From Myxococcota bacterium (GTDB lineage Bacteria; Myxococcota_A; Polyangia; Nannocystales; Nannocystaceae), in NCBI GenBank assembly GCA_039028615.1, contig JBCCHT010000028.1:64001-128000 (forward strand): DNA of 64,000 nt. Reading direction: 5' to 3'. Under the pieces are notes generated by a model. That model saw only the letters and a list, made by a program, of their open reading frames with translations. It was not told the DNA's origin and did no database searches. Both the position numbers and the translations under genes were made by a program. Positions within the stretch are counted from its first letter, which is position 1, and every line of letters begins with the position of its first letter. Shown here piece by piece: positions 31,655-40,313 of the stretch.

Positions 31655-34245
31655 GCCGGGCCCCGCTGCTCGCCCTCGGTCGCGGCCGCGGTGCGGCGCA
31701 GCGCCCGAAGCACGGTCACCACGTCACTACGCTCGACGCCATACTGCTCGGCGGCTTCGGTGGAGGGACCCATACAGGTGGGACAACCTTGCCCGCAGTC
31801 GCAGCCGGTGACCACCGCGATCACGCGATCGAAGAACATCGTGCCCATGGTGAAGGCATGGACGGCCAGGCCGGCCCCGCCGGGGTTGCGGTCGATCAGG
31901 ACGATGTGAGGTACGCCTCCGGCTTCGATCTCGGCCAGAGCGTCCGGGCCATGGCCGCCGTCGAGAGCGATCCCCCACGCCCCCGGGTGCCCGGAGGTCA
32001 CCGCGTGGCGGAGATCTCCGACGTCGCACATCAGCAGCAAGGCCGCGGCATGGCGCATGGCGTGGGCGCAGGCCAAGGCGGCCGCCGCTCGGCGACCGGG
32101 ATCGGGCATCTCCCGCAGGATCTCGGGCGGCATGCCCCAGTAGGCCGCGGTGGTGTGTAGCTCGAGATCGGGCAGGTTGATCGGGCCAAAGCCGATGTTG
32201 TCGTGGGTGCCCAGCCGGATCTTCTTGAACGCGGGCACCTTGCGGACGACATGGGCGTAGCCGGTACCCGCGCCCCACTCGGGGGGCTGCGCTTCGGGGT
32301 CGTCCTCTTCGGTGGCATCGACCACGCGCACGCGCAGCTTGCTGACCGCGACCGTGTAGTACGACGCGTTGACCTTGCGCACGCTGGCCTTGCGCCCGTC
32401 CCAGTCGAGCTCGCGAACCTCGTAGGGCGTGCCCTCGATGGGATAGATGGCCCCCGGGTGCAGGTACAGCGGGCCGTCCTCGAAGTCGACTTGGGCCAGC
32501 ACTTCGCCGGCCGGATCGAGGACGCTGAAGTTTTCCTCCATCGCGCCCCGGATGGCGACCTGCTCGGCGGGCGAGTCACCGCCGAGCACCACGTGGGCTC
32601 CGGTGTCACCCGGGCCGGGCTCGTAGTGCAGGCCACCCCGCCCCGCCAGATAGCCGACGGCCAGCTCGGTGTCTTCGGCGCCGAGACCCGGCAGCGCCTC
32701 GCCATCCATGATGGGCAGCTCCTGCGCCGCGCAGCGAATGTGCGGCAGCAGGACCTCGGGGTTGTCGGGATCGACCCGAGCCTGCTCGATGGCGCGATCG
32801 AACAGGAAGTCCGGCGATGCACCGACGAATTGATCGAGCGGAGACGAGGACAGCACCATGACCGCCAGCGAGGGTTGGCCGCGTCGCCCCGCTCGGCCCG
32901 CTCGCTGCCACGTGGCCGCCCGCGTGCCCGGGTAGCCCGCGAGCACCACCGCATCCATGCCGCCGATGTCGACGCCGAGCTCGAGGGCGTTGGTGGAGGC
33001 CACGACTCGCGCTTCACCTTCGCGCAACGCCCGCTCGATCTCGCGACGACGCTCGGGCAAGTAGCCCCCGCGATAGCCTCGGATCGCGGTCCGGGCCGTT
33101 CGCAGTGCGGTGGGGCCATCGCCCCCGTGCGCGCCCGCCCGACGACCGGAGACCTCGCGCGCCTCGTCGTCGCGGAGGTATCGGGTGAGCAGCTCGACCG
33201 CGCGGCGGGTGCGACAAAACGCGAGGGTCGAGACCTCGGCCCGCCGCAGCGTGGTGGTGATCTCCCGGCTGACCTTGATGTAGTCGCGCCGCACGCCCGT
33301 GGTGGCGTCGACGACCTTCGGGTTGACCACCAAAAAGCGCCGCGGGCCGCACGGCGAGGTATCGCGGTCGACGACGACCATGCCGCCGCGCTCCCGCGTC
33401 CAGGGGCACAGCGCCTCGGCCAGGGCACCCGGGTCGGCGATGGTGGCCTAACACGCGATGACCTGGGGGCGCGCGCCGTAGTGCCGACAAAGCCGCCACA
33501 ACCGACGCAAGACATTGCCCACGTGACTTCCAAACAAGCCGCGGTAGGTATGCAGCTCGTCGAGCACGATGTACTTGAGGCCGGCGAACACCCGCCCCCA
33601 TGCATCGTGGTGGGGCAGCATGCCTCGGTGCAGCATGTCGGGGTTCGTCGCAATCGCGTGCGCCCGCGCTCGGGCGGCGCGACGCTCGGCGGGCGGCGTA
33701 TCGCCGTCGTACACCCCGACACCGACCGGAGCGTCGGTCGGCAACACACCCGTGAGCTGCCGCATCGATTCGACTTGATCGCGTCCCAACGCCTTGGTCG
33801 GGAACATCATCAGCGCGCGCGAGTCCGGATCGCGTAGTACCGCCTGCACGATCGGCACCTGGAAGCACAGCGATTTACCCGAAGCGGTCGACGTGGCGAG
33901 CACGACGTCTCGACCTTCGGCCAATGCGGACAACGCCTGGTGCTGATGCGCGTAGGGACGCTCCATCCCGCGTTCGCGCAGCGCATTGGCGAGACGCGGA
34001 TCGAGGTCGTCCCCCCACTCTCCCCATGCTCCAGATCGTGCCGGTTCGACCTGATCGGAGACGAGATCCACCATCGGATGGCGGGCGATCTCGTCCGCCG
34101 CGACATCCAGGGGGCGCCCCCCATCGGGGCGGGAAACATTAGCTTCTCCCGTGCGGGCCAGGGCCTTTTGATCTCGACCGTTACCGTTGCTGGCCCCAAG
34201 AAGGAGGGTCCGCGCACGGGAGAAGCTTGGATAACGCTCTAACAT
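31651..34245 (-). pseudogene. DEAH-box helicase with DUF1998 (YprA/MrfA-like), interrupted by in-frame TAG at 33448-33450
   Basis: YAHQ, TASGKS, PTKAL, YDGDT, TNPDMLH, LDELH, IAC*ATIADP (motif III), STNALELGVDIG, QRAGRAGR, C-terminal CD..CDCGQGCPTC. Both track ORFs are in the same frame. Confidence 0.85.
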
Positions 34246-34284
34246 TGAACGCGATCGGGCGCTCGCACTGAACTTCCGCGCCCA

Positions 34285-34300
34285 TGAAACACCCGTTCAG
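34285..34300. promoter_or_regulatory. Putative myxobacterial LexA (SOS) box upstream of the helicase
   Basis: TGAAACACCCGTTCAG matches 14 of the first 16 positions of the Myxococcus LexA consensus as I recall it (CTRHAMRYBYGTTCAGS). Extra TGAAC half-sites occur at ~34246 and ~34269. Confidence 0.45.
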
Positions 34301-34437
34301 TTGGCGCGTCAAGAGCCAATGGATCGACGTACGAGATGGTTTGCGCCAACCCCGAGTTCGGGGGGGTCTCGCGGCCATCACGCAGCCCCGGGGACGCGCA
34401 ACTCCCGCACGACGAATTCACGGGGTCGAAGGCCCGG

Positions 34438-35436
34438 TCAGCCGGCCGGATCCGCACGGAGCGCGCGCAGCAAGTCCGCGAAATCGGACGGAAGATCGGC
34501 GGTGAAGCTCAGGGTTCGGTCGCGCGTCGGGTGCTGCACTCCGAGCTCCGCAGCGTGGAGCATCGGTCGACCTCGACCCTTCGCGAACGCCTTCAACCGC
34601 GGTCCATCGTAGTCGCGATCGTAGACCCGCTCGCCCACCAACGGATGGTGATCTTCTCCGAGGTGGATGCGGATCTGGTGCTGCCGACCCGTCTCGAGTC
34701 GACACTCGACCAACGAAACTCCACCCGCCGTGCCGCCCGACTCCCACTTCAGTTCCGTCGCGGGGTGATGCTCGACCAGTTTCACATGCGTGACCGCGCG
34801 TCGAGCCGAAGCGGGACGCGATCCCTTACCGCGACGGTCCTTCCACGAGCCGCGCCGTCGATCGCCTCGATCCGGCACCAGCCACGTCTCGTGCGTCTGC
34901 GAACGAACCTCGCCGTACGCGAGACCCAAGTACGCCCGCTGAACGTCGTGCCGCCGGAACTGCTCGCCGAGACCTCGTTCCGCGCGACGGGTTCGGGCGA
35001 AGATGAGCACCCCGCTCGTGTCCTTGTCGAGCCGCTGCACGACCCGCAGCGGCGGGAGATGCCGCGCATGCTCGCGCCGCCGCAGCGCGGCGTGCGTGCG
35101 ATGCAACAGCGTGTCGCGCTCGTCGGCGGTAAACGGGACGCTGACCAAGCCCGCTGGCTTGTCGACCACCACCACGTCGGGATCGACGTGCAGAAACCGA
35201 ATGGGGTCGTCGCGATGCTTGGGTGCCGGCTTCGACAGCACCACGATCGTCCGGCCTTCTTCGACCCGCGCGGCCGGATCCGTGGCTAACTCGTCGTCGA
35301 CCTGCACTCGGCCGCGGCGCACGAGCGCCCGGACTTGGTTCCAGGACATGCCCTCGAGCATCGAGCGCACCACCGCGGCCACCGTCTTCCCCGCCTGCTG
35401 CGGGCTCACGACCGCACGGACCTCGGGATCGCTCAT
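34438..35436 (-). CDS. RluA/RluD-family 23S rRNA pseudouridine synthase with S4 domain
   Basis: VDKPAGL, QRLDKDTSG (catalytic Asp), ETGRQHQIRIH, MLHAAEL. Confidence 0.93.
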   Translation of the reverse strand: MSDPEVRAVVSPQQAGKTVAAVVRSMLEGMSWNQVRALVRRGRVQVDDELATDPAARVEEGRTIVVLSKPAPKHRDDPIRFLHVDPDVVVVDKPAGLVSVPFTADERDTLLHRTHAALRRREHARHLPPLRVVQRLDKDTSGVLIFARTRRAERGLGEQFRRHDVQRAYLGLAYGEVRSQTHETWLVPDRGDRRRGSWKDRRGKGSRPASARRAVTHVKLVEHHPATELKWESGGTAGGVSLVECRLETGRQHQIRIHLGEDHHPLVGERVYDRDYDGPRLKAFAKGRGRPMLHAAELGVQHPTRDRTLSFTADLPSDFADLLRALRADPAG

Positions 35437-36464
35437 GGCCGCAGGACCAGCTTCCCGATGGTGCGCCCCGACTCCAGCGCCCGGTGGGCCTCGGCCACGT
35501 CGGACAGGGCGTAGCTGACGATGGGTGGGGGCACGATCACGCCCTCGTCGGCCCAGTGCAGCAGGTGGTCCATGCCGCGCGCCAGCCGGTCCGTCTGCTC
35601 GAACAGGTAGCTGAGGTTGAAGCCCATCACGCTGCGGTTTTCGTTGGTGAGCGCCAGCGGGTCGAAGCGCGGCGTTCGGAGGTAGTGCCAGGCGAGCTTC
35701 AGCCAGTTCTTGCGCTGGCCCGCGCGCGGCAGCATGGTGGCGAACCCGTACACCACCAGGCGCCCGGTCGGTGCGACGTGCTGGTAGCTGTCCCGCAGGG
35801 TCGCCACGCCGTTGGCATCGAAGATCGCGTCGTAGCCCCGCGGCGAATAGGCCTCCGCTTCGGGCCACAGGCGCTCCGCCGACTTGTCGATGACCCGCTG
35901 CGCCCCGAAGCCCTTCACCGTGTCGACCTTGTGGGGGCCTCCCACCACGCCGACCACGTCGCAGCCGATGTGGCGCAAGATCTGGACCAGCACGCCCCCG
36001 ACCCCGCCGGCCGCGGAGTGGACGAGCACTTTCGACCCCCGCTCGAGGCGCGCCAGCTCCATCGCGGCATGCCAGGCGGTCAGGCCGACCGCGGGCAGCA
36101 CCGCCGCCTGCTCGTCGGTCCACCCTGCGGGACGGCGGAACACCTGATGGCGGGGCACCACGATCTCGCTCGCGTAGCCGCCGAAGCGGGTGACGGCGAG
36201 AATCTCGTCCCCGTCGGACAGGTCCTCGACGCCGTCCCCACACTCGGCCACCGTGCCGGCCACCTCGAAGCCGGGGGTGATCGGCCACCCCACGTACTCC
36301 TTGGCTGAGGCATAAAGCCCCATTCGGATGATGCAGTCGGCGTAGTTGATCCCGCAGGCACTCACCGCAACGCGGACGTGGCCCGGCGGAAGCGGTGGGC
36401 GCTCACGAGTCTCGAGGACGAGCCGGTCGTACGAGCCCGGACGTTGAATGACGATGGCCTTCAT
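35433..36464 (-). CDS. Medium-chain dehydrogenase/reductase (VAT-1/quinone oxidoreductase-like)
   Basis: GINYAD, PGFEVAG, TRFGGY, VHSAAGGVG, GKLVL. Confidence 0.9.
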   Translation of the reverse strand: MKAIVIQRPGSYDRLVLETRERPPLPPGHVRVAVSACGINYADCIIRMGLYASAKEYVGWPITPGFEVAGTVAECGDGVEDLSDGDEILAVTRFGGYASEIVVPRHQVFRRPAGWTDEQAAVLPAVGLTAWHAAMELARLERGSKVLVHSAAGGVGGVLVQILRHIGCDVVGVVGGPHKVDTVKGFGAQRVIDKSAERLWPEAEAYSPRGYDAIFDANGVATLRDSYQHVAPTGRLVVYGFATMLPRAGQRKNWLKLAWHYLRTPRFDPLALTNENRSVMGFNLSYLFEQTDRLARGMDHLLHWADEGVIVPPPIVSYALSDVAEAHRALESGRTIGKLVLRP

Positions 36465-36510
36465 GGGAGGGCGAGGCCGCGAACGATAGCAGCCCTCACC
36501 GCGCTCGACC

Positions 36511-37416
36511 CTAGTCCAGCTCGCACAAGGTCCCTTCGTGCTGGCAGGTGAACTCGGGCCACATCGCGCAATCGTCATCGTCGTCGTTGCACGGGAACAG
36601 GCAGTAGCCGTGGGCACAGCCCATCGCAGGGGCCATGGCGGGGCAGTCGCCCGCGGTCGTGCACGGGATCATGCACGAGTCCTCGCACTCGCCCACCGTG
36701 CAGCATTCCTCACCTGACCCCACGTCACAGACGGAGTCGTCCTCACAGGGGAAGCCGAGCGAGTCGCACTCGTTGGTCGCGGTGCACACCCCGGTCGCGC
36801 AGTCGCCCGCGTTCACACACTCGACGCAGGTGTTCGAGCCCGAGTCGCAGACCGGGGTGTCGCCGCCGCAATCGCCCGAGCCCAGGCACCCCACGCAGGT
36901 CTGCGTCGCCGGATCGCACAGCGGGATGCCGCCGCCGCAGTCGCCCTCGCCCAGACAGCCCACGCACGTGTCCGTGGCCGGATCGCAGACCGGCGTTTCG
37001 CCACCGCAGTCGCCACCGCAAACGGGCTCGCACTCGAACGTGGTGGGGTGGCAAACCTCGCCCTCGTCGCACGGATCCCCTTCGGGCAGGCATCCCACAC
37101 AGACGCCGCGGCCGGGCTCGCATACCGGCGTGTCTCCCTCGCACTCCTCGTGGGTTCGGCACCCGCCGTCCGAGCCCGTTTCGCCATCGGCCGCCGTGCT
37201 CCCGGCCGAGCCCCCCACCGAGTCGACGTCGGTCGCGGACGACGTGAGCGCGGACCCGCCGGCTGCCCCCGTCGACGACCCGTCGTTGCCCGCCGTCGTG
37301 CCGAAGTCGGTCATGACCTCGGGGCAGCCCGCGCCCGGGCATGGCTCGCCACATCCACCAACGCCGACCAACAACGCCGCCAACGCAGACGGCACGAGCA
37401 CGAAACGGGAAATCAC
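36511..37416 (-). CDS. Cys-rich repeat lipoprotein
   Basis: Signal ending in VGGC, Ser/Gly/Thr linker, repeated CxGxTPVCDPxxxTCVGCLxxxDC units. Start approximate. Confidence 0.75.
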   Translation of the reverse strand: MISRFVLVPSALAALLVGVGGCGEPCPGAGCPEVMTDFGTTAGNDGSSTGAAGGSALTSSATDVDSVGGSAGSTAADGETGSDGGCRTHEECEGDTPVCEPGRGVCVGCLPEGDPCDEGEVCHPTTFECEPVCGGDCGGETPVCDPATDTCVGCLGEGDCGGGIPLCDPATQTCVGCLGSGDCGGDTPVCDSGSNTCVECVNAGDCATGVCTATNECDSLGFPCEDDSVCDVGSGEECCTVGECEDSCMIPCTTAGDCPAMAPAMGCAHGYCLFPCNDDDDDCAMWPEFTCQHEGTLCELD

Positions 37417-37501
37417 GCCGTCCACGGCACACCGAGAGGCCGACGGCCCCCTCCGATTGCATGGTATCGGAAATGGCCTCGCTGCGGTCAGACAACGGAG
37501 T

Positions 37502-38086
37502 TCAGCGATAGGGGTCGGGCCGATGGGACAGCAGTGCGACCTCGAACGATCGGAGGTCGACCATTGCGTCACACAACATCGACGTCACCCAATCCGGGTC
37601 GGGGGTGGCCGCATAGAGGGTCTCTTCGAACACGTCGTCGGTACGCTCGAAGACCCCGGGCTGCCGCATCAGCGACCGCAGGCGCTTGACCCCCAGGCCG
37701 AGCTGCAGCAGCAACGCCTGGTCGGATCGGTTGAGCCGCTCGACCGACCCCAGCCACTCCCACAGGGCTCGCCGGGCCTCCACGATGGCGAGATCGTAGT
37801 CATCACAACGTTCACGGCGCCCCCAGGGCGTCTCGCGCAGCGGCGCATCGACGAAGCGTTGTAGTGGCGTCTCGAGCACCAACCGAACGACACGGGCATC
37901 GATGGCCAGCTGACCGAGCGGCGGGGTCAGGTGACGAACGTCGAGGGGAAGGTCGACGTGGATCTGCTCGAGCCGACGACGGGTGGCGGTACGACGAGCT
38001 CGGGCCTCGCGGGCCCGCTTGGCGGCCACGGTCAGGCCGGTGCCGGAGACTGTCGCAATGATCATCGTCCACAGCTCCACGTTCAA
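37502..38086 (-). CDS. Hypothetical protein with N-terminal hydrophobic anchor
   Basis: 194-aa ORF filling the gap between genes; hydrophobic N-terminus followed by a helical domain. Confidence 0.6.
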   Translation of the reverse strand: MNVELWTMIIATVSGTGLTVAAKRAREARARRTATRRRLEQIHVDLPLDVRHLTPPLGQLAIDARVVRLVLETPLQRFVDAPLRETPWGRRERCDDYDLAIVEARRALWEWLGSVERLNRSDQALLLQLGLGVKRLRSLMRQPGVFERTDDVFEETLYAATPDPDWVTSMLCDAMVDLRSFEVALLSHRPDPYR

Positions 38087-38237
38087 CCGACCGCCATCTT
38101 CATCGTAGCAAGCGTGGCTCGGAGAGCCCGTGACCCCCGTCGCGCGGCCCGTCGTCGGCCGCTATCCCGCGGATCGGGCGCGGCGTCCCGCCAACGCCGC
38201 AGCCGCCGCTGCCCTCGTCCGCGGTACCCTGGGTCCG

Positions 38238-40133
38238 ATGACGCTTCAGGCGCGACCGCGATGGACCACGGTGGCGTGGCTCATCGTCGCGCTGAGCTGT
38301 GGCGAAGACTCCAGCCCCCAACCCGCCGCGGGTTCATCGAGCACCACGGACGCCGAACCGGCCAGTACTGGGCCTGCGACGCCACCCCCCGCGACCGACG
38401 GCTCGACGAGCACCAGGGGCCTGGACTCCTCCACCGCGACGACGGTGGCCCCCGACCTGCCCTCCTTCGATGTCGGGGGGAAAGATCTCGATTCCCTGAA
38501 CCCGGTCTGCTCCAACGACCTCACCCAGATCCTCGATGCCAACACGGGGGTCGTCCTCGAGACCTGCCCGCCCGCGCAGGGCTGCTTCGAGGGCGAGTGC
38601 ATCGCGGCCTGCCAGGCCGCCGCCGCGGCCGAAGGCTCGGTGGGCTGCGAGTTCTTCGTCCCCACCCCACCGTTTTATGCCAACAGCAATCCCGACGCGG
38701 TGCAGTCGGGCCCCTGCCATGCGCTGCTCGTCGCCAACCCGTGGAGCCGCGATGCGATCGTCGAGCTCGAGCGCGACGGCACCAGCTACGACGTCGATCT
38801 GGTGACCTACGTGCCGTCGGGGCTGGGCGCGGCCACGGTCTACGATCCGCTCCCGGCGACCGGCATTCCCAGCGGACAGGTCGCGGTGGTGTTCCTGTCC
38901 CATCGCAGCGGAGTGCACAACGGCACCTCGCTCGAGTGCCCGCGGGCGCCCGCCCTGTTCGAGGACGCGGCCCCGCACGGAACGGCGACCGGGCTGGCCT
39001 TCGAGCTGCGCAGCGACACCCCGCTGCAGGTCTACGACATCCTGCCCTACGGCGGGGCGCTGTCGTACCTGCCCTCGGCCTCCCTGCTCTACCCCACCAG
39101 CGCGTGGGGACAGGGCTATGCCGCGGTCACCCCCCACGAGCCCGACGGGAGGCAGTGGGTGCAGGTCGTCGGGCTGGACGACGGGACCACGGTGGACTTT
39201 CAACCCTCGGTCCCGATCTGGGCGGGGAACATTCCCAACGCCCCCGCCGGGCTGGTGACCTCGTACTCGATCGACGCGGGGGAGGTCCTGCAGTGGCACG
39301 GCGCGGGGGATCTGAGCGGGAGCATCATCAGCGCCGACGCGCCCGTGGGGCTGTGGAGCGGCAATACCTATCTGTTGGTGGACACGCAGGACATGCCCGA
39401 GTCCGGGCACGACAGCGCGCACCAGATGATCCCCGACGTCAACGCGCTGGGTTCCGAGTACGTGGGCGCGGGGCTCTATAGTCGCCTGCCGGGACTGGCG
39501 GCCGAGAGCGTGCGGTACCGAGTCGTGGGCGTGGTGGATGGCACGGCGCTGCAGTGGGACCCCGCCCCGCCGCCGGGCGCTCCCCTTTCGGTCGACGCGG
39601 GCGACGTCTTCGAGTTCGAATCGCGGGAGGTGTTCTCGGTCCGCAGCACGGGACGAGACCGCCCCTTCTCGCTCAGCCAGTACATGTCGGGGACGCTGAG
39701 CGGACAGCCCGGGTGCCTGGGTGAACCGGGGAACTGTGCCCTCGGCGATGAGGATTGGGTCGTGCTGGTGCCTCCCGCTCAGTTCCTGTCGTCGTATTCG
39801 TTCTTCGTGGACCCCACCTACGCAACCGGGACCCTGGTGCTGGTCCGCGTAGCCGGGCCCCGCGGATTCTCCGACGTCGACGTGCAGTGCATGGGGGTCG
39901 TGGGCGACTGGGAGCCAGTGGGGACCGACGGACGCTTCGAGGTGGCCCGGGTCGAGCTTTACCGCGGGGGCGTGGCTTCGGTGCCGGGATGCGCCACGAG
40001 CCAGCATTCGGCGATCAGCGAACGCGGGTTCGGGGTGATGGTCTGGGGCACGGATCTGGCCGCCTCGTACGGATACGCGGCCGGAGGCACGGCCCGCGCG
40101 ATCAATGTGGTGGATGTGGATCCGACCCCCTGA
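38238..40133 (+). CDS. IgGFc-binding-protein N-terminal-domain-like lipoprotein
   Basis: LSC lipobox, Thr-rich linker, SVGCEF, SASLLYPTSAWG, HQMIPDVNALGSEY, PPAQFL, SYGYAAG. Confidence 0.8.
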   Translation: MTLQARPRWTTVAWLIVALSCGEDSSPQPAAGSSSTTDAEPASTGPATPPPATDGSTSTRGLDSSTATTVAPDLPSFDVGGKDLDSLNPVCSNDLTQILDANTGVVLETCPPAQGCFEGECIAACQAAAAAEGSVGCEFFVPTPPFYANSNPDAVQSGPCHALLVANPWSRDAIVELERDGTSYDVDLVTYVPSGLGAATVYDPLPATGIPSGQVAVVFLSHRSGVHNGTSLECPRAPALFEDAAPHGTATGLAFELRSDTPLQVYDILPYGGALSYLPSASLLYPTSAWGQGYAAVTPHEPDGRQWVQVVGLDDGTTVDFQPSVPIWAGNIPNAPAGLVTSYSIDAGEVLQWHGAGDLSGSIISADAPVGLWSGNTYLLVDTQDMPESGHDSAHQMIPDVNALGSEYVGAGLYSRLPGLAAESVRYRVVGVVDGTALQWDPAPPPGAPLSVDAGDVFEFESREVFSVRSTGRDRPFSLSQYMSGTLSGQPGCLGEPGNCALGDEDWVVLVPPAQFLSSYSFFVDPTYATGTLVLVRVAGPRGFSDVDVQCMGVVGDWEPVGTDGRFEVARVELYRGGVASVPGCATSQHSAISERGFGVMVWGTDLAASYGYAAGGTARAINVVDVDPTP

Positions 40134-40313
40134 GAACATTTTGTCGCGTCCACGTCGATGGGTCGCAATCCCGCGACGGTCGCGGACCACTACCCAGGGC
40201 GAAGGATGTTCGTGCCTGGACCACTCGAAGCCCGGCCTACGCCCCGCGACGGCCGTCGTGCGAGATCGGGGCGGGCGTGGCGGAGGCGTTGGTTCCGATA
40301 TGATGCTCGCCGC

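Noticed and set aside
33448..33450. Genome-wide amber recoding or pyrrolysine explaining the TAGs in mrfA and at the carA-carB junction
   Set aside because: TAG terminates normal full-length genes here (for example metH at 52087 and the kinase at 61421). The expected residue is Ser, and no pyl genes are in the window.
27178..34245. DISARM-like defence island (DUF1998 helicase + methylase)
   Set aside because: The helicase is coupled to a YprB/MrfB exonuclease (a repair pair). There are no SNF2 or PLD genes, and the MTase is separated from it by unrelated genes.
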